From contig CAZSQN010000001.1 in assembly GCA_964609095.1 (NCBI GenBank), positions 86,117 to 150,116 on the forward strand: DNA of 64,000 nt. Direction: 5' to 3'. Source of the stretch: an uncultured Gammaproteobacteria bacterium. GTDB lineage: Bacteria > Patescibacteriota > Patescibacteriia > CAZSQN01. The notes below the pieces were generated by a model. That model was not told where the DNA came from, did not search any database, and was given only the letters and a program-made list of their open reading frames with translations. Below are positions 9,569 to 17,537 of the stretch, in pieces. Every line of letters starts with the position of its first letter. Position 1 is the stretch's first letter. A program made the translations under genes and the position numbers.

Positions 9569-11442
9569 ATCCAGAGGAAAGCCGCGGAAAATCTCAAAGA
9601 GGCCGCGCGCGCCGGCGCTCCGATGAAATAGAAAAAGGACTGCGGGAGATTTATGAAAATCCCGAAGTCGGGTCTCAAGATTTAACCACTTTTACCCGCG
9701 GCCCGGGATTGGGCAGGTGGCTAATGGCGGCGGGGATTATTTTTTTTGTTTTTTTGGCAGCGGCCGCTTGGGCCGGTTTTTATATTTTCCGGCCGGCGGA
9801 AAAATTTGCCGGAGAAAATATTGATTTAACCATTACCGCCGCCGAAGAGCTGACCTCCGGCGCTGTTTCTGAATTTGTCATAAATTACGGCAATCGCGAA
9901 ACAGTGCCGCTGGGCGCGGTGGAGATATCTCTTGCCTATTCCAAAGAATTTAAGCTGATTGAAACGGAACCGGCTTCGCCCGAAGCCAATAGCTGGAGGA
10001 TAGGCAGTCTGCCCAAGGGCGGAGAAGGACATATTAAGCTCTCCGGCGCCATCAATGCCCCCAAGGGAAAAGCAATTGCCGTCTCCGCCTATCTTACTTA
10101 CAAACCGGCGAATTTTAATTCTGAATTTCAAAAAGTGGCGAATGCCTCGTTTAATGTGGCCAAATCAATGCTCGCGCTGGAAGTAGAGGGGCCGGAGCGC
10201 GCCGTGCCCGGAGAAGAAATACAATATCTTGTTAAATATCAAAATAATTCCGGCGCAAAATTGGAAAGAACGGAGATCAGGGCTTTTTACGCGGAGAATT
10301 TTTTTCCAAAAAAGGCCGCGCCCGCTCCCGCGGAGGGGGAAGGGAGATGGCTTCTGCCGGCTCTTGCCGATGGAGAAAAAGGAGAAATTAAGATAACCGG
10401 AAGCTTTTCTTCAACGGCCGAGGGAACGCGCCAGTCCTCTTTTGAAGCGGGAAAGGCGAATGAGGATGGTATTTGGCTCCCTATGGAGAGAGTGGCTTCT
10501 TCGGCGGAGCTTGTTAAAAGCGAACTTAAACTGATTCTTGTCGGGAACGGAGGAGGTGGGGGCGCGGTTAATTTTGGCGACACATTGCGTTATTCTCTTT
10601 TTTTTGAAAATAGAAGCCAAATGGCCTTATCGGATATTATTCTTTCTCTGCGTTTGGAAGGAAGTCCGGCGGTCGGAGGCAGGTCGCCGCTTGTTTGGGA
10701 AACCATTTCCGACGAGGCGGGAGCAAAAAGGACAGGCGATACTCTGACTTGGACAAAAAAGCAAATCAGCGCTTTGGGCCGCCTTGAACCCGGGGAGCAG
10801 GGAACGGCGGATATTGCCATTGAGCTTGTCCCTGTTCCTTTTAGCAAAGGCGGAACCGATTATAAGGTCGTTGCTTTTGGCGAAGCCAAAATAGGAAAGA
10901 TAGGCGGCGCGCGTTCGGACAGAGTCGCGAGAAGCGAGCCGCTGGAGATGAAGCTGTTTTCTGATTTGGTTTTTATTGCCGAAGGCCGGTATTACGATGA
11001 CGATGACAATGCCGTTGGCGCGGGGCCGGCGCCGCCGCGCGTGGGAGAAACCACTTTCTACCGCATTTGGTGGACGCTCGCCAATACCCTGCATGATTTG
11101 GAGGAGCTTAAAGTTGAGAGCGTTTTGCCCCCAGGCGTTAATTTTACCGGCAGGTTTAATTCGGAAGACGCGGGCGAACTTTCGTATGATGAAAAAACGC
11201 GTAAAGTCGTTTGGAAAATAGAAAAATTAAAAGGCGCGAAAGAGCCGGTCCGCGCCGAGTTTGAGGTATCCATTACCCCGGCCGAAGACCAGCTTGGCTC
11301 GACGGTAGTTCTAACGGACCTGGCCAGCGCCTCCGGCCGCGACACGGCTTTGGACGCGCTTATTTTCCGCACGGTGCCGCAGATTACCTCCAACATTGAA
11401 ACCGACCCGAATCTTGCCGGTAAAGGAACAGTGAGGAGATAG
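9565..11442 (+). CDS. DUF11-like repeat surface protein
   Basis: ATGA overlap with the upstream stop. N-terminal TM helix (WLMAAGIIFFVFLAAAAWAGFYIF). Repeated beta-rich modules (GEEIQYLVKYQNNSG, GDTLRYSLFFENRS) resemble DUF11 conserved repeats. Intrinsic terminator follows at 11459-11490. Confidence 0.55.
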   Translation: MNPEESRGKSQRGRARRRSDEIEKGLREIYENPEVGSQDLTTFTRGPGLGRWLMAAGIIFFVFLAAAAWAGFYIFRPAEKFAGENIDLTITAAEELTSGAVSEFVINYGNRETVPLGAVEISLAYSKEFKLIETEPASPEANSWRIGSLPKGGEGHIKLSGAINAPKGKAIAVSAYLTYKPANFNSEFQKVANASFNVAKSMLALEVEGPERAVPGEEIQYLVKYQNNSGAKLERTEIRAFYAENFFPKKAAPAPAEGEGRWLLPALADGEKGEIKITGSFSSTAEGTRQSSFEAGKANEDGIWLPMERVASSAELVKSELKLILVGNGGGGGAVNFGDTLRYSLFFENRSQMALSDIILSLRLEGSPAVGGRSPLVWETISDEAGAKRTGDTLTWTKKQISALGRLEPGEQGTADIAIELVPVPFSKGGTDYKVVAFGEAKIGKIGGARSDRVARSEPLEMKLFSDLVFIAEGRYYDDDDNAVGAGPAPPRVGETTFYRIWWTLANTLHDLEELKVESVLPPGVNFTGRFNSEDAGELSYDEKTRKVVWKIEKLKGAKEPVRAEFEVSITPAEDQLGSTVVLTDLASASGRDTALDALIFRTVPQITSNIETDPNLAGKGTVRR

Positions 11443-11458
11443 AGAGTAAAAAGAAAAA

Positions 11459-11490
11459 GCCCCGCACTTATACATAAGTACGGGGTTTTT
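11459..11490 (+). terminator. rho-independent terminator
   Basis: Hairpin ccccgcactta-tacataagtacgggg followed by TTTTT. Confidence 0.7.
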
Positions 11491-11509
11491 AATAATGAGC
11501 AAGGTGGCT

Positions 11510-11992
11510 TTAGGCAGCTGTGCTTGTAGTCATGAGCGCTTTTAGATCCGCTGGATTTATAAGTTTGAATCGCAAGCCGTGCCATTCCGAGATTTTCTCT
11601 TTCAAGTCACCGAAACGGTCGACTTGATACAACTGGTTACGAGCGATGACATAGCTGGCGTGAGCCGCCACATACTCCGCGCCCGGCGCTTCCGCTTCGG
11701 GCTTTACGGCGCACATGCTGCCAATCGCGCCGTAGCGCGTGACAAAATTCCAGAAAGAGTCCTGTTCGCCAAGGGTGATGAAGAGTTCGCCGTCTTTCAA
11801 CCCTTTGGCAATGCGTCGGAAATCCTTAGCGGTCAGGTCGCCCCAGCCGAGTTTTTCGCCCAGCTTGTTGTACCAGCCGCTGTTGTGGGTCAGCTTGGTC
11901 TTGCCGCCGCGCATCTGCCCGCAATAAAGGCCGAACAGGCCGCCCGTCGGATTGGACTGACTCCCGTACATTCCCTTGGTCAGCTGTGCCAT
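11510..11992 (-). CDS. hypothetical protein (GC-rich islet)
   Basis: 160-aa ORF overlapping by 13 nt with the upstream HIT gene (translational coupling). Local GC is clearly above neighbouring genes. No recognised domain. The antisense ORF 11579..12217(+) is low-complexity and judged spurious. Confidence 0.5.
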   Translation of the reverse strand: MAQLTKGMYGSQSNPTGGLFGLYCGQMRGGKTKLTHNSGWYNKLGEKLGWGDLTAKDFRRIAKGLKDGELFITLGEQDSFWNFVTRYGAIGSMCAVKPEAEAPGAEYVAAHASYVIARNQLYQVDRFGDLKEKISEWHGLRFKLINPADLKALMTTSTAA

Positions 11993-12627
11993 AAGGCGCC
12001 TCCTTCAAGAGGCGGTTTGAGACGGTTAACGGTTTCCTGTCCCAGTTGTTTGTCCAGTTCCGGATCCATGTTGCGCCAATTTCCACGCTCGGGATGGCCA
12101 AGAAGTTCGGCTATGATGAGGCGCAGATATTGCGGCGGCGCTGGCGGATTCCAGCATACCATTGATTTGCCGCTAGGGACGGTCCAAAAAAGATATGGCT
12201 CCGGGCGCTTGCCGTAAAGTTCTTGTAAGTGCGCCGCATACTGCAGCTCTTCAAACTCGGATTCGGGAAAGTCCGCGCGTATCTTTGCGGTCAAGTCAAT
12301 AACTGTTGGCAAGAGATGAAGATGAGCGTGCTTGACGGTCTGTCCAATAATTCCATGTTCAAACACCGTAACGGGATAAGGAGCTGCTGAAGCGCTGTGC
12401 TGGTATTCCAACGAAAGCGCGCGGCACACTCTTTTTGTTATTTTGAGCATCGCTTCCGTTTCACTGCCAGTCAGCGCGCCCATGCACGAGATGTGCGCTT
12501 TTGGAATTACAAGGGCGTATCCACCGATTATTTGGCCAAGCGTAGCGGCTACATACCACCCGCTATTTTCAGCGATGAGACGGTCTCCAAGCTTAATTCG
12601 GTCGCAGAAAACGCAACTGTTGTCCAT
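11980..12627 (-). CDS. HIT (histidine triad) family nucleotide hydrolase/transferase
   Basis: Histidine triad motif HAHLHLLP. N-terminal CxxC (CVFCDRI) as in HIT/GalT-like proteins. ~90-aa C-terminal extension. Confidence 0.7.
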   Translation of the reverse strand: MDNSCVFCDRIKLGDRLIAENSGWYVAATLGQIIGGYALVIPKAHISCMGALTGSETEAMLKITKRVCRALSLEYQHSASAAPYPVTVFEHGIIGQTVKHAHLHLLPTVIDLTAKIRADFPESEFEELQYAAHLQELYGKRPEPYLFWTVPSGKSMVCWNPPAPPQYLRLIIAELLGHPERGNWRNMDPELDKQLGQETVNRLKPPLEGGALWHS

Positions 12628-12766
12628 ATTTTTCCTCCGATTTCAAGGTTCAACGATTCTAATTTAGAGATTAACAGTTCTAATGTTGGGTGTCAAACAA
12701 AAAAACAGCGTTTGGCGCTGTTAATATTAAAATTAAAAATTTTCTTTCTTTACTCCGCCCTTTCTC

Positions 12767-12838
12767 TGCCCCCGCCAAGAATCGAACTTGGATCCCAAGT
12801 TCCGGAAACTTGTATTCTATCCGTTGAACTACAGGGGC
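12767..12838 (-). tRNA. tRNA-Arg (anticodon CCG)
   Basis: Reverse complement folds as a cloverleaf: acceptor GCCCCTG/CGGGGGC, anticodon stem CAAGT/ACTTG with loop TTCCGGA, T-arm CCAAG-TTCGATT-CTTGG. CCA not encoded. Confidence 0.8.
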
Positions 12839-12853
12839 AAGGAAAGAGCGGGG

Positions 12854-12875
12854 TATCCAGCTGAGCTACGGGCGC
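12854..12875 (-). other. orphan 5' tRNA fragment (acceptor + D-arm, GCGCCCGTAGCTCAGCTGGATA)
   Basis: 22 nt identical to a canonical tRNA 5' end, followed by non-tRNA sequence, lying 15 nt from intact tRNA-Arg. Looks like a remnant of a disrupted tRNA gene. Confidence 0.5.
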
Positions 12876-12929
12876 AAGTGAGAAAAAAGTAAAAATTTAT
12901 TTTTATTTTTGGCGAACGCCGCGCCCGAA

Positions 12930-13931
12930 TCAAGCAGAGCGATGATACGGGCGCAGGCGCTTTAAGAGTGAATATATTTTATAAGAAATCGGCCGCAGAG
13001 GCAACTCTATTGCCTCCGGCAGAGCGACGATCTCTCCGCCTCCGCCCGAGGCGGATCCGCCTTGGGTGGAAAAGCCCTTCTTAAATCTAGTAATTCCCGC
13101 CCAGGCGTGACTTGATTCTTGATTCTTGATTCTTGATTCTAAAGGCGGTGCTATGCCCCAAAAATCATAAAAACCATATCCGGCAAATTTTGCGTTTTTC
13201 ATTATTTCCCAATGCAAAAGATACGGCGCCATCAAGTTTCTTTTTTCGTTGGAGGATGCGCCATGGAGGTAAGTGGCAGTATTCCCAAAGAAATTTATAA
13301 TAGCCGCGGCCAGCGGTTCGTTGTTTTGGTAGGCGACAAAGAGCTTAGTATTCGGCAGAATCCTAAGCATCTCGCGATAATAAGATTCCGAGTGAGCGGA
13401 GAATTTATCCCTCGCTGTTGTTTCTTTCATTAATTTTACAAAATCATCTGCAGGCGCGTTTTCTTTTATAGCGACGCCGTGGCGTTCTGCCAGGCGGATA
13501 TTATATCGTGTTTTTTCATGCATTTCAGCGAGCAGGGCTTCTTCATGTTTGCGGATATCAACGATTAGCGTGTGCTGGGGCTGCCTTGATTTAGCTTTTA
13601 GCTTATAGCTTATAGCTTTTAGCCCGTTATTAGATTCAAGGTGTAAAAATATTCCTTTTGTTTTTTTAAGATCGGAAATAATTGTTTCCATAATTCTTGA
13701 TTCTTGATTCTTGATTCCAATAGGTCCGCGATACAGGTTCCATCCAAACATACCGCCCGGCAGCGGATGTGAAACAATTTGCGCAAGCGCGTCCGGAGTT
13801 TCGTACCGTCGTACCTCGCGCCCGATTGATTTTTGAAACTCGCCCCAGCTCCATGATTGCAAAAATAGTCCCGATCGAGATCGGGAGCTATCATTTAATA
13901 TAAATTTATCCCAAGAGCTTTTGTCTGCCAT
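12930..13931 (-). CDS. FemAB-family peptidyltransferase (peptidoglycan interpeptide bridge formation)
   Basis: FemAB/FemX hallmarks (FLQSWSWGEFQK, YRGP, RYNIRLAERHGV, YLHGASSNEKRNLMAPYLLHWEIMKNAKFAGYGFYDFWGI, RFKKGF). Contains three in-frame heptamer-repeat insertions (see findings). Confidence 0.75.
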   Translation of the reverse strand: MADKSSWDKFILNDSSRSRSGLFLQSWSWGEFQKSIGREVRRYETPDALAQIVSHPLPGGMFGWNLYRGPIGIKNQESRIMETIISDLKKTKGIFLHLESNNGLKAISYKLKAKSRQPQHTLIVDIRKHEEALLAEMHEKTRYNIRLAERHGVAIKENAPADDFVKLMKETTARDKFSAHSESYYREMLRILPNTKLFVAYQNNEPLAAAIINFFGNTATYLHGASSNEKRNLMAPYLLHWEIMKNAKFAGYGFYDFWGIAPPLESRIKNQESSHAWAGITRFKKGFSTQGGSASGGGGEIVALPEAIELPLRPISYKIYSLLKRLRPYHRSA

Positions 13932-13955
13932 ATATTAGACATCTTCACAGGATTA

Positions 13956-13984
13956 TTGACAAAAAGCAAGATTTGTGATAAGTT
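13956..13984 (+). promoter_or_regulatory. sigma70-like promoter (TTGACA-N17-TAAGTT) plus conserved ~60-nt leader, copy A
   Basis: TTGACA at 13956-13961. The whole 13950-14043 block is ~85% identical to 22073-22170. Confidence 0.55.
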
Positions 13985-14040
13985 AACTTAATCGTTCCTT
14001 AACTTCAGAATAAGGAAAATCAAGCCAAAAAGGAGCGCAA

Positions 14041-14676
14041 ATGGACAGGAAGCAGGCAAAAACGCAGACAGGCGCATCGGACACTTCCGGCACTTTGGCC
14101 ATAGCTCGCCGCAACTGGTTCATGAACTGGTACCGCGAGCTTGGTTTTTCCCTTCAGATACCAGTTCCTCCTGTTCCAGATGAGGAGTACAAGAGTAGAA
14201 AGGAACAGGGTCAAGACCTGTTCTATCGTCCTCCAACCTCCGAGGTCTCTTACGAGGCCTTGATGAAGGCGGTTGGACAGGGCAAATGTTGGACTGTCGT
14301 GAACGGGAGCGACAGGAAGAAGATCAAGTGGGAACCTACCCAAACCGGCTACTGGTTCTGGGCCGAAGTTTCCCAAGATTGTCCCCGCCTGGGCACATCC
14401 TGGCATGGGCTCACCCGCACCAAAGAGCAGGGACTGGACTTGCTTTCCTTGCTTTCATTGGAAGAGTATGCGCTTGTCTGGTGGGCGCACAAAGCCGCAA
14501 CCAACGCCATACTTGATACCGGAAATTGGTCTTGGCTTCGTACCCGTTTCAGGGATAGCGCTTTGCATGCCAGCGACTGCTATGGCAGGGTCTGCGTGGA
14601 CGGGTGGGATGCGATCAGCATTGCGTACCCTTATGTCAACATGGGCGGCCGCTCCGCGGAAGTGGTCAAGATGTAA
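14041..14676 (+). CDS. hypothetical Trp-rich protein (GC-rich, foreign composition)
   Basis: 211 aa; SD AAAAAGGAG 8 nt upstream; 13 Trp; markedly higher GC than flanking genes. No recognised domain. Confidence 0.55.
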   Translation: MDRKQAKTQTGASDTSGTLAIARRNWFMNWYRELGFSLQIPVPPVPDEEYKSRKEQGQDLFYRPPTSEVSYEALMKAVGQGKCWTVVNGSDRKKIKWEPTQTGYWFWAEVSQDCPRLGTSWHGLTRTKEQGLDLLSLLSLEEYALVWWAHKAATNAILDTGNWSWLRTRFRDSALHASDCYGRVCVDGWDAISIAYPYVNMGGRSAEVVKM

Positions 14677-15390
14677 CTTGAGTCCTGATTGCTTGTTCCC
14701 CCAGTACTAGAACTTTCGAGTTCAGTACGGGGCTTCGCTTTTGCCCTCTTGTACCTTGTCCCGTTAGAAGCCACATTCTAAACGGGTACAACTTTAAAAT
14801 TTCGTAGGAGCTTTCTATGTTTAGAGCTTCTAACGGGACTCGTGTCCCTTCAACTTTGATTGAAGGGACTTTTAATTTATGTTGGGACTGTCGCCAAATA
14901 CCATTTCTACTGCAATTCTCAAATTTCAGCTGCAAATTTCTAAAAACTCCTCCGCTTATACTGCGTATAAACATCGTCGTTTTTATAAATTTTCGCTTTG
15001 AAATTTGAGAATTTCGTGACGAAAGCGCATTTGGCGACAGTCCCAGAATAGCGGAAAAATTTTTAGTTTCAAAAAATACGATTAAATACAATACTGCAAT
15101 ACTGGGAAGTATTGCAGTATTGTATTTCGGATGGTATTGATGGTCATCGGATGGTTGTCATCGGATGGTGTTGATGGTCAGTTGTCTCATGTGTCGGCAG
15201 GATTATGAGGGCAGGATATTGATACGACAAATTGATCCCGCCCCCGAGAATCGGGGGCCCGCACATGCCTCCAAAATTAAATAATAACAAAAATCAGCTA
15301 TAGCTTAAAATTGTTATTTTAAATATTTATGACATGGGCTTTTTTTTACAACAATTTCGCATCGGCCGCATATTTTTGTTGTAAGAGGGG

Positions 15391-15948
15391 TTAGGCACGT
15401 CGTCCAAGCAATTTTAAAGCCTCCCTTAGCCGCGCTTCCGAGGCGGAGAGAGACGGAGAGATTTTGCCGATAGCGCCTTTGGCTTCTTGTTTGGAATATC
15501 CCAGTCGAACTAAGGCGTCAACAACATCATCGCTACCTCCTGCCTCGTCAAACTCTATTTTTCCGCGCAGTTCCAGGATTATTTTTTGCGCGGTTTTGCC
15601 GCCGACGCCCTGCGCTTCGGAAAGAAATTCCGCCCGGCCGGAGGAAATGGCTTTTTTGATGTCAACAAGTTTGCCAAGGTCAAAAAGGCGCATCGCCATT
15701 TTTGGCCCGACGCCGGAGATAGAGATGAGCTTCTTAAAAAAATCCAATTCTTCCCGCGTCCTAAAACCGTAAAGCTCGCGCGAGTCCTCCCTGATGTATT
15801 CATGCGTCCAAAGACCTAAAACGGCTCCGGCGGAGAGTTCGCCGAGCAATGTTTTGGGAGCCGCTATTTCATATCCTATGCCGGTATTTTCTAAAATCAG
15901 CGAATCGCCGTCCACTGCTATAATTGTGCCTCTGATAAAGGAAATCAT
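15391..15948 (-). CDS. ruvA: Holliday junction branch-migration complex subunit RuvA
   Basis: N-terminal OB domain (MISFIRGTI...DGDSLILE), two HhH motifs (ISGVGPKMAMRL; AQGVGGKTAQKIILEL), C-terminal RuvB-interacting domain. Confidence 0.85.
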   Translation of the reverse strand: MISFIRGTIIAVDGDSLILENTGIGYEIAAPKTLLGELSAGAVLGLWTHEYIREDSRELYGFRTREELDFFKKLISISGVGPKMAMRLFDLGKLVDIKKAISSGRAEFLSEAQGVGGKTAQKIILELRGKIEFDEAGGSDDVVDALVRLGYSKQEAKGAIGKISPSLSASEARLREALKLLGRRA

Positions 15949-16087
15949 AGTTAGCTTTCAGCTTTTAGCTTACCAGGTAGTGAAACAAAGTTCTACTACC
16001 TGGCTTATAGCTTTTAGACGAGAGCGTCCAGCCCGACAAAATATAAAAATGCCCCGTACTTTGTTACAAGTACGGGGCAAAGAACAG

Positions 16088-16161
16088 TGGGCACTCCGAG
16101 ATTTGAACTCGGAACGACCCGGTTATGAGCCGGGGGCTCTGACCATTTGAGCTAAGTGCCC
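16088..16161 (-). tRNA. tRNA-Met (anticodon CAT)
   Basis: Reverse complement GGGCACTTAGCTCAAATGGTCAGAGCCCCCGGCTCATAACCGGG...TTCAAATCTCGGAGTGCCCA. Anticodon loop CTCATAA. Confidence 0.8.
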
Positions 16162-16162
16162 G

Positions 16163-16222
16163 GTGCCAGGAAAGGGAGTTGAACCCTCACGGTAGGTGTA
16201 CTACCACAGGATTTTACCTGCC
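16163..16222 (-). pseudogene. tRNA-Leu-like 3' half (anticodon 3' side + long variable arm + T-arm + acceptor 3' strand); no 5' half
   Basis: Aligns segment-by-segment to the 3' half of the adjacent tRNA-Leu(TAA) (AAAATCCTGTGGTAG...GAGGGTTCAACTCCCTT-TCCTGGC-A). The 5' half is replaced by a GC hairpin (16225-16259). Confidence 0.5.
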
Positions 16223-16288
16223 CCGTAGTGAAACGCAAAGCGTTCTACTACGGGGAGTCCCGCGCGCCCCGTACTGAATTTTGATTAG

Positions 16289-16372
16289 TGGGTGAGAAGG
16301 GGATCGAACCCTTACGGTATTGCTACCACGGGATTTTAAATCCCATGCGTCTGCCTATTTCGCCACTCACCC
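16289..16372 (-). tRNA. tRNA-Leu (anticodon TAA), class II with long variable arm
   Basis: Reverse complement GGGTGAGTGGCGAAATAGGCAGACGCATGGGATTTAAAATCCCGTGGTAGCAATACCGTAAGGGTTCGATCCCCTTCTCACCCA. Confidence 0.8.
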
Positions 16373-16474
16373 TTCGGTAAGTCCAAAAGCAAAATTAGTA
16401 CGGGGTAAATCTGCCTGCCTGTCCCGCACAAAGACGAGCTTTGTGCGGGGTTTCGCCATCCACCCTTTTCGCCG

Positions 16475-16753
16475 TTAACCGCTGGAATCAATATTTTGCT
16501 TCCACTTGACGAGCTTGCCATCCGGACCTTGGCGATACCAGACGTAGCCAAGGATGGGATGCTGGTAGTCGTAAACATCCATTATCTTCGCTTGGTGTGT
16601 CTGGACAAGATAATGAATACTGCGGAATCTGGCGGGAGAAGACGGACTGCCACGATACTTTCTCGGTTTGTAGGAAGCCAAGTTGAAGTTGCGCAGAGTT
16701 AGTGGTTTGACCCACTGGACCAATTCCAGGATTCTGATTTTTTCCTGTTCCAT
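16475..16753 (-). CDS. hypothetical small protein (92 aa)
   Basis: ATG preceded by AAGGAG SD (reverse complement of 16756-16761). Sits between the tRNA cluster and tmRNA. No recognised domain. Confidence 0.45.
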   Translation of the reverse strand: MEQEKIRILELVQWVKPLTLRNFNLASYKPRKYRGSPSSPARFRSIHYLVQTHQAKIMDVYDYQHPILGYVWYRQGPDGKLVKWKQNIDSSG

Positions 16754-16829
16754 GTTCGCTCCTTTTTTTGAACAGGTTGGAGGGCGGGGCAACAATCGTC
16801 CAAAATCCGAATTCTGACAATGTTTCGTT

Positions 16830-17170
16830 TGGTGGAGGCGCCGGGAGTCGAACCCGGGTCCAGAAGAAGTATAGCCAATGCCCTACGCGCGTATCCCGGA
16901 TTTATCAAGCCCGGGCGGCTCTAGTCCCGTCTTTCCGGAACAGCCAGGACAGCCGGTCTTGCCTTGGAGTAACTGCCCGACTCTCCAAGGCCAGCTTCCA
17001 TTTTCGTCGCCTGATTCAACCCCTAGGAAGCGGCGGGATTGGCAGACGTCCGCCTTAGGCGGAAAACGTGGCATTAAGCCGCGTTTCTCGGGTTGCCCGT
17101 TTTTACAAGGCCTCGGGCGCCTTGGCGCGCGCATTGGTGTAACTTCCCCTGTCGAAACCGTTTCGCCCCC
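16830..17170 (-). ncRNA. ssrA: tmRNA (transfer-messenger RNA)
   Basis: 5' GGGGGCGAAACGGTTTCGACAGGGG and 3' tRNA-like end GGGTTCGACTCCCGGCGCCTCCACCA. Internal tag ORF reads ...GNPRNAA* (ends Ala-Ala-TAA). Overlapping ORFs 16883..17134(-) and 16878..17228(+) are spurious. Confidence 0.85.
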
Positions 17171-17267
17171 TAAATTTCAGGAGTTTAGCATCTATCTTTA
17201 CTCTTCGTTGTTAACGAACAGTTCTTAGCTGATTTGTATCACAAATGTATTGTTTTGTCAATGACCA

Positions 17268-17296
17268 TTGACAAAATTTAGAAAATCTGATAAAGT
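17268..17296 (+). promoter_or_regulatory. sigma70-like promoter (TTGACA-N17-TAAAGT)
   Basis: Good -35/-10 spacing immediately upstream of small ORF 17316. Confidence 0.5.
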
Positions 17297-17315
17297 ATGT
17301 TTATCGGAGGTAAGA

Positions 17316-17537
17316 ATGGACCCAGGAGAATCAAAACGGCTATTTGAGACAAGCGGTGGTTCGGGCGGGGCCAGCGGTCCCAATGAGCAAATCGGCTCTG
17401 ATGGCTGTAATCATGGCAGAATAATGCTTGGCGCCGGCGGTCTCCATGCTCCAACGCAGGCAAAGATTCGTTTCCTTATTGTTCTTTCACTTCTCGTTGC
17501 TCTCTCGGCTTCGCGCGAAGCCGAGCCAAACGAATAA
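17316..17537 (+). CDS. hypothetical small protein (73 aa) with Gly-rich N-terminal half and C-terminal hydrophobic helix
   Basis: SD GGAGGT 6 nt upstream of ATG. Sequence GGSGGASGPNEQIGSDGCNHGRIMLGAGGLHAP then IRFLIVLSLLVALSA. Followed by a hairpin/T-rich terminator (17540-17600). Confidence 0.45.
   Translation: MDPGESKRLFETSGGSGGASGPNEQIGSDGCNHGRIMLGAGGLHAPTQAKIRFLIVLSLLVALSASREAEPNE

Noticed and set aside
11579-12217. 212-aa plus-strand ORF antisense to the HIT gene
   Set aside because: Low-complexity Ala/Arg/Gly-rich translation typical of the reverse strand of a GC-rich gene. The minus-strand ORFs carry a real HIT motif and coupled overlap.
16878-17228. ORFs on both strands (16878..17228 +, 16883..17134 -) in the tRNA/tmRNA block
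   Set aside because: They lie entirely within the tmRNA gene (16830-17170), have Pro/Arg/Gly-rich nonsense translations and no ribosome-binding sites.
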